Shown here piece by piece: positions 1-9,388 of a stretch of 64,000 nucleotides of DNA. The DNA is from a phage, in the NCBI GenBank assembly GCA_017676145.1, contig GCA_017676145.1_3628.1; one strand, written 5' to 3'. Both the position numbers and the translations under genes were made by a program. Below the pieces are notes generated by a model that was not told the DNA's origin, searched no databases, and saw nothing but the letters and a program-made list of their open reading frames with translations. Numbering within the stretch: position 1 is the stretch's first letter; every line of letters starts with the position of its first letter.

Positions 1-195
1 CAAGCCGGGGCAGTAGGGGCCGGGAGACAATCACCGGGGGTGCCCGTTATTCTGCAAACGAGAATGATTATCATTCAAAATTCTAAATGAGAACTTTTCG
101 CATTTCATAAATTTAGTTAGCATGCTAATTACCTACCGTGACAATTCTATATAAAATAATAACTCCTAAAATATTCCCATATAGAAATTTTAAAA

Positions 196-376
196 ATCCA
201 TTTCTGAAAACGAAAAATCGATTTAGTCCCCAAAAATTTCAGGTCGAGCGCCGGAACGATTTCCAGAAAATCTGATTCAGAAAACGAAAAACAGATCGAG
301 TACTGAGAGATTTATCGAGAAAAATTTTCAGAAAATCCAATCTTTGAAACGAAAAACAGATCGAGTACTGGGAAAG
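196..376. repeat. Tandem direct repeats, ~65-bp unit (two full copies plus one degenerate copy); perfect 24-bp core aaacgaaaaacagatcgagtactg at 282-305 and 347-370
   Basis: Identical 24-mer occurs twice 65 bp apart; cagaaaatc also repeated at 264-272 and 329-337; degenerate copy ctgaaaacgaaaaatcga near 203-220; sits in a 696-bp AT-rich region with no ORF. Confidence 0.7.
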
Positions 377-621
377 ATGTATCAAAACCTATTGATAATA
401 ATTAACTTATTGTTATAAAAGGTCAGAAGTAAGTTGGGAAAGTTCTGGTAGAAGGGTGAGAGTGTGTGCGGAAAATCTGGAACGGTGATTTGAAGTACGG
501 TGCGAACGATAGGATGATCAGCACAGCTTATCGTGCCTGTCTTGAAAAATCCATTTTAGTTTTCGATCCATTTTCTGATTTTCTAAGGATTTCCAAATAT
601 CTGCAAATATCTGATAAATAA

Positions 622-646
622 GGGAAAATCCATTACATATTTTCCC
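622..646. repeat. Inverted repeat / hairpin gggaaaat-N9-attttccc
   Basis: 8-bp perfect arms at 622-629 and 639-646 in the non-coding leader; neighbouring short direct repeats (atccatttt x2, aaatatctg x2). Confidence 0.5.
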
Positions 647-696
647 TCATCGCCTAAAATTTTTATAATTTTAAAATAAATACTACCATAAATATC

Positions 697-1392
697 TTAA
701 ATAAATTTCACCAATGTTATAGTCTCCTTATTATTTTTCAAATCATTCTCAAGGATAGTTATTGCACGTTTAATGGCGAACAGCCAAATCTCATCTTTGT
801 TTTTAATAGCCTGAAGTTTCATCTCCTCAAGTTTCATTTCTTGCCACACCTTGTGTGCTGTCTGTGGATCATCGAAATGACCGCCATGAACAATTTTTCC
901 ATCTCGATGACAATGCACGAGATACTTGTTTACATCTTTTCTAAGTGTCACACCCAAAGGTAAATCCCCTCGTGCTGCCTGTCTTATGCCAAATAGGGTG
1001 TTTATTTGTGGTGGAACAAACATGCATGTTTCTGGGGAGTATATTCTGTTTCCAGGGATTTTCAGATCTTTGTCAAGAGTGAACTTCTTAGCGTCTCTTT
1101 TCCACTCTTGTGTATCCATCCATTTCCAGAATTCTGAGAACAACCACCAATCTTCTACAACTTCACAACCTGTATGGTACTTTGAGTTATCGCCGTAGCA
1201 CCTCTGGAATAATGCTTTCCATGTAGCATAGTGGGGTTCTGGTACTCTCTTACCATTAACAGATTGGTACATTGGGACTTTGTCTTTTAAATCGTTTACT
1301 CCACGACCACATACTTTTCTGTCTTTAACAGGTATTCCCATCAATCCCACCTTTTCCTTTGTACATGCGTAGAGGTATAGTCTTTGTAACAT
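697..1392 (-). CDS. Putative homing-endonuclease-like DNA-binding protein with AP2-like motif
   Basis: 231-aa ORF; C-terminal GVTLRKDVNKYLVHCHRDGKIVHGGHFDDPQTAHKVWQE resembles the AP2-type domain found in phage HNH-AP2 homing endonucleases; Trp/Cys-rich N-terminal half; true start may be an internal Met (e.g. 1272). Confidence 0.35.
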   Translation of the reverse strand: MLQRLYLYACTKEKVGLMGIPVKDRKVCGRGVNDLKDKVPMYQSVNGKRVPEPHYATWKALFQRCYGDNSKYHTGCEVVEDWWLFSEFWKWMDTQEWKRDAKKFTLDKDLKIPGNRIYSPETCMFVPPQINTLFGIRQAARGDLPLGVTLRKDVNKYLVHCHRDGKIVHGGHFDDPQTAHKVWQEMKLEEMKLQAIKNKDEIWLFAIKRAITILENDLKNNKETITLVKFI

Positions 1393-1666
1393 TCCATCTC
1401 CCCAACCCTTCCCAGTTCCAATTGTGGGCGTGGTACCCAGTTATGCATGCACTGCTGGAGTGATCATAGGCATAGGAGAACGCTATGCGTAACAGATGAG
1501 GCCAGTCTTTCCACGGCTGTGGTCCGTAAGCCTTTCTCCAACACCGACACAAACTAAATGTCTCAAGAATAGGCAGGATAACAAATCCATACACCACCAC
1601 CAAGATGATCAGCGCAATGATTGTCAGGAATACATACCCTGCAGTTGAAATGATGATCTCTGTCAT
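1325..1666 (-). CDS. Hypothetical membrane protein
   Basis: 113-aa ORF; hydrophobic N-terminus TAGYVFLTIIALIILVVVYGFVILPIL predicted by eye as a transmembrane helix. Confidence 0.4.
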   Translation of the reverse strand: MTEIIISTAGYVFLTIIALIILVVVYGFVILPILETFSLCRCWRKAYGPQPWKDWPHLLRIAFSYAYDHSSSACITGYHAHNWNWEGLGRWNVTKTIPLRMYKGKGGIDGNTC

Positions 1667-1863
1667 TTGTCATCCCCTTTACGAATATAGATGTGTGAGC
1701 CTGCCTGTATATAAATTTCTCGACCATCTTCTGCAAAAATATGGAATACACGGTCACCTTCGTATTCAATACGGGATATCTTCATAACGGTCTTCCCACC
1801 CGGAATGCGGATCTCATCGCCTACAGCAATGTTCCATGCAGATTTAAGCTTAAACATCAGCAC
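1663..1863 (-). CDS. Hypothetical protein
   Basis: 66-aa ORF co-oriented and tightly packed with neighbours. Confidence 0.35.
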   Translation of the reverse strand: MLMFKLKSAWNIAVGDEIRIPGGKTVMKISRIEYEGDRVFHIFAEDGREIYIQAGSHIYIRKGDDK

Positions 1864-2095
1864 CCTCCTTTGGTAGCTTGAACTCTGGCATAGCCATATA
1901 CGCTACAACAGGGTTGTGATCAAAGTAGAACTGACCGTTAATTATCCCGGTTTTACTCACATAGTTACCAGATCCTGCAAGAACAACCTCGCAAGCTCCG
2001 AAATCTACATTGCCATCCTCATCAGTCATGGCTACGATATACTTTCCTAGAGGCATGTTTTTAACTCCGTCTACAAATGTCCACCCTTTGTTCAT
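1850..2095 (-). CDS. Hypothetical protein
   Basis: 81-aa ORF in co-directional early-gene array. Confidence 0.4.
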   Translation of the reverse strand: MNKGWTFVDGVKNMPLGKYIVAMTDEDGNVDFGACEVVLAGSGNYVSKTGIINGQFYFDHNPVVAYMAMPEFKLPKEGADV

Positions 2096-2115
2096 ACTTT
2101 ATCTCCTGCACTTTC

Positions 2116-2448
2116 TTAAGGTAACCAGTAAACAATCTCGCCTTTCAGCCTCATGTCGTTTCCAACATAAATTTCCCAGCCATCCATCTTAGCAACTGTA
2201 GGCCCAAAGTCATCCGCACCCCTTACCTCTTTCCAGGCTCCGTAGTCAGGTTGCCAGATATAGAATCCACCTTCTTTGTCCCATGCTCCGTACACTACGT
2301 TTAACAGGTTTCCCATTGCAACAATGGTGGGCCGTGGGAATAATACATCTACAGATGCGCCACAATTTCGGGTATCTTTTAAGTTGCAATCCCAAAAGAT
2401 GTCTGCCAGTGTGGCGGCGATAGCTTTACGTCTTTCCAATGTTACCAT
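2116..2448 (-). CDS. Hypothetical protein
   Basis: 110-aa ORF in co-directional array. Confidence 0.45.
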   Translation of the reverse strand: MVTLERRKAIAATLADIFWDCNLKDTRNCGASVDVLFPRPTIVAMGNLLNVVYGAWDKEGGFYIWQPDYGAWKEVRGADDFGPTVAKMDGWEIYVGNDMRLKGEIVYWLP

Positions 2449-2458
2449 GGCACGATAC

Positions 2459-2650
2459 TCACTTGTTGTTAATAAGTTCTAAAACTTTCTGTCTTACTTT
2501 GTCAAGGTCTGTTGATTCAAAAACTGTGCGATATCCCCAACTTTGCCCATAGGAGTGACTGCAATCTCCGTAGCACCATTGCTCAATTTGATAGTATTCA
2601 AGGAAGGGGTGCTGTCTAACTATGATGCCATCCCGGTTAAAAATTACCAT
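2459..2650 (-). CDS. Hypothetical protein
   Basis: 63-aa ORF in co-directional array. Confidence 0.35.
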   Translation of the reverse strand: MVIFNRDGIIVRQHPFLEYYQIEQWCYGDCSHSYGQSWGYRTVFESTDLDKVRQKVLELINNK

Positions 2651-2713
2651 AATACGTCGCTCTCTGTTAGTCTGTGCGTATATTATACACTGTAGTTTTC
2701 AGATGTCAATCTT

Positions 2714-2965
2714 TTACAGGTTACTCCAGTATACTCGGCATTTACATTTCGGGCAATGAGGCTCTTTTATGTAATAACCATCAGTCTTTGGAACACTTTT
2801 TGGTGCAGTTTTAAGATTGTACCGAGTAAAACACCGGAAGCAGGTTACCTCTCCAACCTGTTGATCGTTTATCCACGCGCCAGAGTAAAGCTCTCTCTTG
2901 TTTCTCATAATTCTCTCCCAAATCCTCTGCAATCTTATACCAAAATCTCCAGCCAGAAAGCACAC
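2714..2965 (-). CDS. Hypothetical zinc-ribbon protein
   Basis: 83-aa ORF with CxxC...CxxC spacing (CFRCF ... CPKCKC). Confidence 0.35.
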   Translation of the reverse strand: MCFLAGDFGIRLQRIWERIMRNKRELYSGAWINDQQVGEVTCFRCFTRYNLKTAPKSVPKTDGYYIKEPHCPKCKCRVYWSNL

Positions 2966-3159
2966 GGGAACACTTTGATGATTGAATCTTTACCTGGTTC
3001 AGAAGTTCTTTTTCCGTAGGGTAGGTAGAAATGCCCTCCTGCAGATTCGAATATAGCTCCTTCGGTTGTATCTATCACAGCCAGAATTAAGATTTTAGTC
3101 TCCATAGTGTTCCCCTGTTTTAGTCGTTGTGGTGACTATACCACCTCAGAAGATGGTCG

Positions 3160-3618
3160 TCAACACTTTTTGTACTCCACCACAATCACATCAATGTCTG
3201 TGGTGGCAAGATTAATAACGTCTTCCACGTGTTCCCACTTTAGACCACCAATACCGCATCCGATTTTAGGAATGTAGAACGGTAATGACATACCTTTGAA
3301 TACCTCGTTGACTCGCTCAAAGCCTTTCATGATTGAGAAGTATTCAGCATTGGGCCCTGGGTAGAACTGGGTATACAGGTTGATTCCATATACGACCCTG
3401 TTCTTGGCAAAATGCTCCCAACAAGAAAACATGCCCAGCTTGTCTAGATTACCATAAGCAGTTTCTTTGTCGGCTGCCAGTGCTTGAGGGAACTCACGGG
3501 CAATATCTTTCGCTATACCTGCACCCATTGTGTGAAAGCAGTTACAACCGTGGATCATGTGGCCTGACCCTTTCTTGAAAATGGAGATTAGATCTCCACC
3601 TATAGTATCAATAATCAC
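3160..3618 (-). CDS. Macro-domain protein (ADP-ribose binding / ADP-ribosyl hydrolase family)
   Basis: Motifs GGDL...HMIHGCNCFHTMGAGIAKDI match the macro-domain phosphate-binding loops; GTG start at 3618 preceded by GAGGAG chosen over the track start at 3717, which overlaps the upstream gene by 110 bp; ATG at 3699 is an alternative. Confidence 0.65.
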   Translation of the reverse strand: MIIDTIGGDLISIFKKGSGHMIHGCNCFHTMGAGIAKDIAREFPQALAADKETAYGNLDKLGMFSCWEHFAKNRVVYGINLYTQFYPGPNAEYFSIMKGFERVNEVFKGMSLPFYIPKIGCGIGGLKWEHVEDVINLATTDIDVIVVEYKKC

Positions 3619-4033
3619 GGTATGCCAGCTCCTCTTCCGCAATTTCAAAAAACTCAGTCCAGCACTGTGGCATATTGGAGTTACCGAAGTGGCTTTCATA
3701 GTAAAGGTTCTCACCACTCGGAAGATAGAAATCTGTTACCTCGTAGAATCCACAATCGTCGCACTCACCTTCTTCAAACTTGGCCTCAACCTTGATACCG
3801 AGGAAGGTGAAAAGTTTATGGATATCTTCAGTTTCGAACTCCCAGTGAATGTTGTTTTCCGCATCGGTGTAGAACTGGATCAGCAGACCATTGTCCAGTT
3901 TACCAAAATACTCTGTGAAGTAACTTCCTTCCCAGAAATCTTTATGACAAATAATATCCATGCGTTTGCCCATAATAATGGTGTGAGCGTTTTGGGCATC
4001 ATCACGAATCAGTTTTGGCATTTCATAGGTCAT
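3608..4033 (-). CDS. Hypothetical protein
   Basis: 141-aa ORF in co-directional array. Confidence 0.5.
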   Translation of the reverse strand: MTYEMPKLIRDDAQNAHTIIMGKRMDIICHKDFWEGSYFTEYFGKLDNGLLIQFYTDAENNIHWEFETEDIHKLFTFLGIKVEAKFEEGECDDCGFYEVTDFYLPSGENLYYESHFGNSNMPQCWTEFFEIAEEELAYRDY

Positions 4034-4101
4034 CTTAGTTCTCCGGGTTCAACAGGTGGTGGCGCTATAGGAAGATCATAAAACATGGCTATCACATCCT
4101 C

Positions 4102-4299
4102 TTACACAGGAATTGCTTCAAATAGACCGTTATCTATACCGTCCTTCAGATAGAGATTATATTCTATGTCTGTATCTGTATAAAGGGCAGCATCCAGCAT
4201 TCTATCTGTGAGTCCATCCATCGGGTGGAGAAACCACCACCCACGCCAGTCAAAGTAACAGCCTGGTGCATCTTCTCTTACACGGATTCGATAAATCAT
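4102..4299 (-). CDS. Hypothetical protein
   Basis: 65-aa ORF in co-directional array. Confidence 0.35.
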   Translation of the reverse strand: MIYRIRVREDAPGCYFDWRGWWFLHPMDGLTDRMLDAALYTDTDIEYNLYLKDGIDNGLFEAIPV

Positions 4300-4395
4300 G
4301 GGCAGTGGCCTCCTGTTAGTTATACATCCCAGTTTTCTTCGTTCATCACGTCCTCCCGTTCTATGAAGTTATAATTGCACACCTTTCAATCTGTG

Positions 4396-4812
4396 TCAAC
4401 AGAAAACTTCAACAAATTCTTCCACAGTTTTAATGTCGTGGGAAAAAGGTTTACGGCTATAACGGGCAATAGCACTATCAACCATCGCCCGGTACTCCAA
4501 ATCTTCAGAATATTTCATGAAGCATTGTAGCGTCTCTGGACAGATAGCTAAATAGCTCCACCACCCCTCTTCAGATTGGTAGTCGAATCCCATACTCTCC
4601 AACCACGAAGCATATACGCCTGCACCCTCAAGCCAGTGAGTATTTTCATCCAGAAACTTGTTAATAGACATGTGAGCTTCTAAGCATTTATCCAGCTCTT
4701 TTCCGTTAACCAGCCACGCACTGACAGTGGCGCATCCAAGGTCCACAGATTGAGTTGATAGATTGTATTGGTCATAGTTCTCAGGTTTAACAATGATATC
4801 TTCTAATGTCAT
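4396..4812 (-). CDS. Hypothetical protein
   Basis: 138-aa ORF in co-directional array. Confidence 0.5.
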   Translation of the reverse strand: MTLEDIIVKPENYDQYNLSTQSVDLGCATVSAWLVNGKELDKCLEAHMSINKFLDENTHWLEGAGVYASWLESMGFDYQSEEGWWSYLAICPETLQCFMKYSEDLEYRAMVDSAIARYSRKPFSHDIKTVEEFVEVFC

Positions 4813-4829
4813 TTTTCAGATCTCCTTAT

Positions 4830-4860
4830 ACAAAAATGCCCCACCCTTTCGGGCAGGGCT
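4830..4860 (-). terminator. Rho-independent terminator (minus strand)
   Basis: Hairpin gccccaccctttcgggcagggc (4838-4859) with an A-run on plus (U-run on the minus transcript); directly downstream of the CDS ending at 4875; identical hairpin recurs at 16641-16662. Confidence 0.6.
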
Positions 4861-4874
4861 ATGTCAGTTAGGTG

Positions 4875-5498
4875 CTAAAAGTATTCATAGAGGTATCCAT
4901 CGGGAGCTGGAATTTTTTCATGAATGTAGTAATCAACACATATTCCTGTTTCTCTTCTACAAGAATTGTGGGATACCCATTCTTTAAGAACGTTGCCATT
5001 CATGTCCAACCTCCTTACATTTTTACACCGTCTACCGCTGGTGCTTCTATGCAACAGAATATCCTCCGTCTGCTTGTCTTTATTTTCTCCCCAGGTCGTT
5101 AAACGGATATTATCAAAAGAGTACCCTTTGAAATCATCTATCCTGTCACAAGAGGGCTTTTTCCTTTTGTCGTATCCGCTGGCTACCCACTGGTCATACA
5201 ACTCTTTGTAACCGTTCAGGTATAGCCACTCCTTAAACTCTTTTTTGGTGTAAGTCGGAGGAGGGTGACCTCTTTGCTTGCTGTTGCACTTTTGAGCCTT
5301 GTACAACACGCGTATTACACCTTTTTCTGAAGAGTCGTGGGAAAACTGGTCAGCCTCCCTACTGGCCTTCTTACAACACTCTTTGCACTTATTAAGATGA
5401 CCGTCAGACATCTTTGGGTGTTTGTAGAACTCGGAGAGGTTTTTCACCTCTCCGCACTTGATGCACCTCTTACAATGCGTGGATTCTACTTTTGCCAT
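4875..5498 (-). CDS. Zinc-finger protein with degenerate HNH-like motif
   Basis: CKRCIKCG...CKECC zinc finger; [19 protein letters not shown] resembles an HNH core with His replaced; ATG at 5498 preferred over the track start at 5585. Confidence 0.45.
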   Translation of the reverse strand: MAKVESTHCKRCIKCGEVKNLSEFYKHPKMSDGHLNKCKECCKKASREADQFSHDSSEKGVIRVLYKAQKCNSKQRGHPPPTYTKKEFKEWLYLNGYKELYDQWVASGYDKRKKPSCDRIDDFKGYSFDNIRLTTWGENKDKQTEDILLHRSTSGRRCKNVRRLDMNGNVLKEWVSHNSCRRETGICVDYYIHEKIPAPDGYLYEYF

Positions 5499-6741
5499 AT
5501 TGCAAACCCACCGGAGCGAAAGGTATGTCATCACAGAAGTCATACTGTGCTGGATTCTGATCCATTGGGTCATCTTCCGCATCATCTACAGGAGGGGCGT
5601 CTACAGTGTTTTGCTGTGGAGTGGCTTCCTGTTTGGCAGCTTGAGGTTCTTGATGCTCAGTAGTCCCCGCACCATTCTTGATCCAATCGTACAACGGTTC
5701 AGCAAGATTAGTCAAGACATCTTTTGCCTCTGCAGTAATTGCTGCTGCAAAATCATCAACTTTCGTTTTCTTGTCAATACGGCGACAAGCGTTCAATACC
5801 GCGTTACCAACACTGGCACCTACTTCATCTTCAGTCCGGTTGGTGGCTTGAGCGTACTCTTTCTTAAGCTCGATGGTGACCACGTGCAATGTTTTAGCCA
5901 CATCTAAAGGGCTGTCAATCTTAAACCCGCGATCCAGAATGATCTGCAACGCATTGATACTGTGCCCTGTCTCTACACCAATGGGGTCGTAAGAGGATTT
6001 ACGCTTACCACCAGAACCTTGTGTACCGTTCTCTGCTTTAGGCGGGTAGGCCTTGAAGCCGCTGATAATATTCCCGGTGTCTTTGTCAACAATAGCTGCA
6101 ACACGACCGCCAACCACCAGATCTTTAAGCTGCTCATCAGTGACAACCATGGCACCTTCGCCAATCTTGTGGTCATTAACAGTAACCACGTTGCCAACAA
6201 TCTGAGTCACATCGCCATAGATGCGTAAAACGTCCTGATTGGCATTCTGCTGAGGTTTCTGCTTCTGACCTTGTGATTGTGCACCTTGTTGCTGTTTTTG
6301 TTGCTGTGGAGCTGCTGGAGCCTCTCCTGCACCCAGTTTGACCATCTTAGCCAGTGAGCCTTTGTAATAGGTCTTACCGTTATGCTCATTTGCCTTTAAA
6401 GGGATATTTACGATCCATCCTGGCGTTACTGTTTCCCACTTGTCATCAATTTTAACAGAGACGGAATCTTGATGACCAGGTTTGAGCAATTTATCACCCA
6501 TGCTGATCCAAACTTCTTCACCACCTTGAAGTAGGTTATCAGAAGAATCCAGTTCAGAAATCAGTAAAGAGATGGTATGGCTGGACTCGATTTTCTTACC
6601 TTGCCACACAGTGGTTTTAATACCTGTTGTAGGATCGGCACCTTTGATAGGCTTGATGCTGACACGTTTAATCATGCCGTGAGCCAGTAAAACAGTTTCA
6701 CGCGGATTCATCGGGTTAGCGAATTGTTGAATAACGCTCAT
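5470..6741 (-). CDS. Putative single-stranded DNA-binding protein
   Basis: 423-aa ORF; Q-rich linker [25 protein letters not shown]; acidic C-terminal region [23 protein letters not shown] containing the SSB-type DDIPF tip motif, followed by 15 further residues. Confidence 0.45.
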   Translation of the reverse strand: MSVIQQFANPMNPRETVLLAHGMIKRVSIKPIKGADPTTGIKTTVWQGKKIESSHTISLLISELDSSDNLLQGGEEVWISMGDKLLKPGHQDSVSVKIDDKWETVTPGWIVNIPLKANEHNGKTYYKGSLAKMVKLGAGEAPAAPQQQKQQQGAQSQGQKQKPQQNANQDVLRIYGDVTQIVGNVVTVNDHKIGEGAMVVTDEQLKDLVVGGRVAAIVDKDTGNIISGFKAYPPKAENGTQGSGGKRKSSYDPIGVETGHSINALQIILDRGFKIDSPLDVAKTLHVVTIELKKEYAQATNRTEDEVGASVGNAVLNACRRIDKKTKVDDFAAAITAEAKDVLTNLAEPLYDWIKNGAGTTEHQEPQAAKQEATPQQNTVDAPPVDDAEDDPMDQNPAQYDFCDDIPFAPVGLQYGKSRIHAL

Positions 6742-7151
6742 TATTTATCTCCTTGTTCTTCGTTAGTGTTTGCCGTGTGTGCAAACCCTGCTTGAATTAA
6801 TTTGTCCTGAACTTGAGCCAACAGGCCCATTGCAAAACTTGTGGTCCCAGAGAGGGCCATCAGCATATCTCGTTGTTGAGCTACCCAACCTAAGGCATAG
6901 TCCAAACGACGATATTTTTCTTCTTCACGCAGAGCCTGGAATAATTGTTCAGCCTCTGGCTGTTGTGTAAGCTCCTGAAGTCTTCCCATGAAAGAAGAAA
7001 GCACTAGCAGAAGAGACACTTGATCTTTACTTAACCCTAAGAAAAATTCTTGAGGTTGTTCTTGCTCGTTCATCGCAACCGACGCTTGATCGTTCATTTG
7101 TTCCATTGTGGAATCTCCGATTTTATTTGAACAACATAAAGGAGACACCAT
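6741..7151 (-). CDS. Hypothetical protein
   Basis: 136-aa ORF, Q/E-rich; in co-directional array. Confidence 0.4.
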   Translation of the reverse strand: MVSPLCCSNKIGDSTMEQMNDQASVAMNEQEQPQEFFLGLSKDQVSLLLVLSSFMGRLQELTQQPEAEQLFQALREEEKYRRLDYALGWVAQQRDMLMALSGTTSFAMGLLAQVQDKLIQAGFAHTANTNEEQGDK

Positions 7152-7188
7152 TTTAGCATCTCCTTCTGTAAATTACAACAGGTATTTG

Positions 7189-7434
7189 TTAGCCAATTAC
7201 TTCGAAAGTACCCCAACTCCCGTTCAGCAGGCAGGTGATCGGATCACCATCATCGTCAATTATTTCAAAGTTTTCAACATCCAGAATATGGTCATCGAAC
7301 ACAATACTTTCGTCACCACCGCCAGAAACAACAGTGTATTCCTTACCTTGAGTCAAGTTTTGACACCCTTTGCCACCAAAACCCACTTCAACACAACGCA
7401 CTTTCTGTCCTGCACGAGCAACTACTTCAGCCAT
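7189..7434 (-). CDS. Hypothetical protein
   Basis: 81-aa ORF in co-directional array. Confidence 0.4.
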   Translation of the reverse strand: MAEVVARAGQKVRCVEVGFGGKGCQNLTQGKEYTVVSGGGDESIVFDDHILDVENFEIIDDDGDPITCLLNGSWGTFEVIG

Positions 7435-7451
7435 CTTAAGGTCTCCTGATA

Positions 7452-7772
7452 TTAATCGTCAAGTTCAAAATAGATTTTAACAGCTTCATCAAAGATTGGA
7501 ATCCCGATGTTGTTGATAAGCTGCCAAACTACCATATCTTTTCCTGGATCTGGGAGAATGTCAACCTTTCTCCATGCGCTGTATACCCAGTTCGGACCAC
7601 CTTCTGCGCTAATTGGAAGATTTTCACCAGCTTCCTGCAGATACTTATACAGCAAAAGATATTCTGGGTACTCTAAAACACTATCCTCTGTGGTATACAA
7701 TAGTTCACGGTATACTTTCAGAAATCCTTCTGGGGTAATGTTTTCAGTCTTCATTTGCTGCTTCTCCTGCAT
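7452..7772 (-). CDS. Hypothetical protein
   Basis: 106-aa ORF in co-directional array. Confidence 0.4.
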   Translation of the reverse strand: MQEKQQMKTENITPEGFLKVYRELLYTTEDSVLEYPEYLLLYKYLQEAGENLPISAEGGPNWVYSAWRKVDILPDPGKDMVVWQLINNIGIPIFDEAVKIYFELDD

Positions 7773-8148
7773 TCATCAGATCTGCCATAGCGTCACCCAC
7801 GAAGAGGACAACCACGTCGTTGACAGCGTCAGCATCATCTTTATTAATGTTGCTGAATTTGGGGCACACTGCAATGACCATATATACCCCGTTGCCCAAC
7901 TGAACAGTGCGTGTAGTGCACATCAGTGTGGTGTTTGTGCCTTCTTTAAAGGCAAATCCTTGCAGACGTTCTTCCAGAGAGTCGCCTGTTGATTTCAACA
8001 AGGCAAGATCGCCCAATGAGTAGGTAGTGTCCTCATAGGTCAGTCCAGAGGTCAGTGTTGCCTTTCCATCAGAAACTATAATAACCCCATCGGCACCGTC
8101 AAGCTCAGAGGCTTCAAAGATATTGATATCCCAAATGTTTTTCATCAC
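7744..8148 (-). CDS. Hypothetical protein
   Basis: 134-aa ORF in co-directional array. Confidence 0.4.
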   Translation of the reverse strand: MMKNIWDINIFEASELDGADGVIIVSDGKATLTSGLTYEDTTYSLGDLALLKSTGDSLEERLQGFAFKEGTNTTLMCTTRTVQLGNGVYMVIAVCPKFSNINKDDADAVNDVVVLFVGDAMADLMNAGEAANED

Positions 8149-8477
8149 TCTGCCTCATCATCTAAGTAATCATCAAGAGAGGTGAAGATTTCACCGAAGT
8201 ATTCTAAGATCTCTAGCTCGCGTGTGGTGCAGCAAACATAATCTCCCTGGTCGTCCTTGATAGTAGCCTCTTTACCCAGAACATCTACTTCAAATTCATC
8301 GTTCAACAGGACGGCCCCTGTGTAAACTTTGTCAGCTGTGCAGTCCCGAAAAGCAGAGTCCTTTTCCAGATAGTCTGGCTTAACCTTGGCTTTAATTCGT
8401 TGATATTGTTTGGTCATTGCTGTGGTCCCCTTTCGTTTTGATAGGGCCATTATATTAGGCCCCATCACTGTTGTCAA
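8145..8477 (-). CDS. Hypothetical protein (paralog family A, copy 1)
   Basis: 110-aa ORF; shares AFRDCT...KDDQGDYVCCT pattern with the adjacent 8481-8735 product. Confidence 0.45.
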   Translation of the reverse strand: MTTVMGPNIMALSKRKGTTAMTKQYQRIKAKVKPDYLEKDSAFRDCTADKVYTGAVLLNDEFEVDVLGKEATIKDDQGDYVCCTTRELEILEYFGEIFTSLDDYLDDEAE

Positions 8478-8480
8478 GTA

Positions 8481-8735
8481 TTAATGTTCAGGTTTTACAA
8501 AAACTACTTCATTAACAGTGCACCAGACAGAGTCTCCTTCATCATCTTTAAAGGTAAGGCACTGGGCTGAGTTTTCCAGCTCATCAATCTCTTCTTGTGA
8601 TAAAGGGGCCCCTTCTTCCAGAAGGGCTTTTACCAGAGGGTTCTCACAAAACTCTGCTTCATAAATTGCACCGACTGTGCAATCCTTAAAAGCCCGGTCA
8701 TTTGCAACACATTCTGGCTTCAAAGTAATTTTCAT
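8481..8735 (-). CDS. Hypothetical protein (paralog family A, copy 2)
   Basis: 84-aa ORF; AFKDCT...KDDEGDSVWCT shared with the 8145-8477 product. Confidence 0.45.
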   Translation of the reverse strand: MKITLKPECVANDRAFKDCTVGAIYEAEFCENPLVKALLEEGAPLSQEEIDELENSAQCLTFKDDEGDSVWCTVNEVVFVKPEH

Positions 8736-8786
8736 CTTGGCAGTCTCCTTAGTTATTTAAAAATCAACGCTCTGTTTGTGTGAAGC

Positions 8787-8815
8787 ATCTTATACCTAAT
8801 CTTACTTCTTGTCAA
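8787..8815 (-). promoter_or_regulatory. Sigma70-like promoter (minus strand) TTGACA-N17-TAAGAT
   Basis: Reverse complement reads TTGACA, 17-bp spacer, TAAGAT, just upstream of the gene starting at 8735; same -10 variant as the plus-strand promoter at 27526. Confidence 0.35.
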
Positions 8816-9210
8816 TGACTATTTTCAATCATCCACACAGGGTCTAGGTAAATCTGTTGGCGTTTTGCCCAATGACAAACTTCATTGTACATCTGAATCT
8901 CTTTGTCCGTCAGTTCACGAATAGGCTCATCTATACCCTCATTTTTGTGGTAATCCCATTCGGCATCGATTTCCCACAACCATGACTTACGATCTTCACG
9001 TTTACGCACACAGAAGTCCCCAGGACGGCCTGCCAGTGCATTTAAGAACTCGTTCTCCGCTCGCTCCTGGAGAATACTGAGGAGCAAAACGTTGGAGCAC
9101 GACCGTAAGATATGCTTCAGCTCACAATCATCAATCTCAACTTCAATACGTTGCTTGACTGTGTGGGTACCTTTTACTAACATTCTGCCTCCTCTAGACA
9201 AACTCTGCAA
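8812..9210 (-). CDS. Hypothetical protein
   Basis: 132-aa ORF in co-directional array. Confidence 0.4.
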   Translation of the reverse strand: MQSLSRGGRMLVKGTHTVKQRIEVEIDDCELKHILRSCSNVLLLSILQERAENEFLNALAGRPGDFCVRKREDRKSWLWEIDAEWDYHKNEGIDEPIRELTDKEIQMYNEVCHWAKRQQIYLDPVWMIENSH

Positions 9211-9388
9211 GGGTTGTGTTGTTCACTGCACCGCAGTAGATGGAATACCCCAACCCATTATGGTGCAGAAACCACGGCACACCTTGGTCATCCTTCACGT
9301 ATACATCTCCATTTTCCGTAAAGGGCCAATACTCCTCTCCGATGGTAAAATACCTACTCATACCTTCAGCCAGATACTTTACTTTCAT
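9194..9388 (-). CDS. Hypothetical protein (paralog family B, copy 1)
   Basis: 64 aa; YVKDDQGVPWFLHHNGLGYSIY pattern shared with the next two ORFs. Confidence 0.4.
   Translation of the reverse strand: MKVKYLAEGMSRYFTIGEEYWPFTENGDVYVKDDQGVPWFLHHNGLGYSIYCGAVNNTTLAEFV

Noticed and set aside
1-60. GC-rich segment at the window start as a possible tRNA 3' end
   Set aside because: No T-loop (GTTCRANYC) or acceptor/CCA structure could be recognised by eye
196-376. Possible CRISPR array
   Set aside because: Only 2-3 copies of a ~65-bp unit; no alternation of short conserved repeats with unique spacers; no cas genes in the window
926-1198. Plus-strand ORFs embedded in minus-strand genes (e.g. 926-1198, 3557-4081, 5458-5907, 11294-11797, 14958-15524, 17652-18149, 19579-20082)
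   Set aside because: They lie antisense within longer ORFs that carry recognisable motifs and RBSs, have low-complexity translations and no RBS; treated as shadow ORFs
3618-3717. Track start of the macro-domain ORF at 3717
   Set aside because: It would overlap the upstream gene by 110 bp; a GTG at 3618 with a GAGGAG RBS sits just before the macro-domain core
5470-5520. Frameshift error extending the SSB-like ORF past DDIPF
   Set aside because: The frame is continuous with no nearby stop, and the next gene has its own ATG and RBS inside the overlap; a sequencing error cannot be excluded but nothing in the sequence requires it
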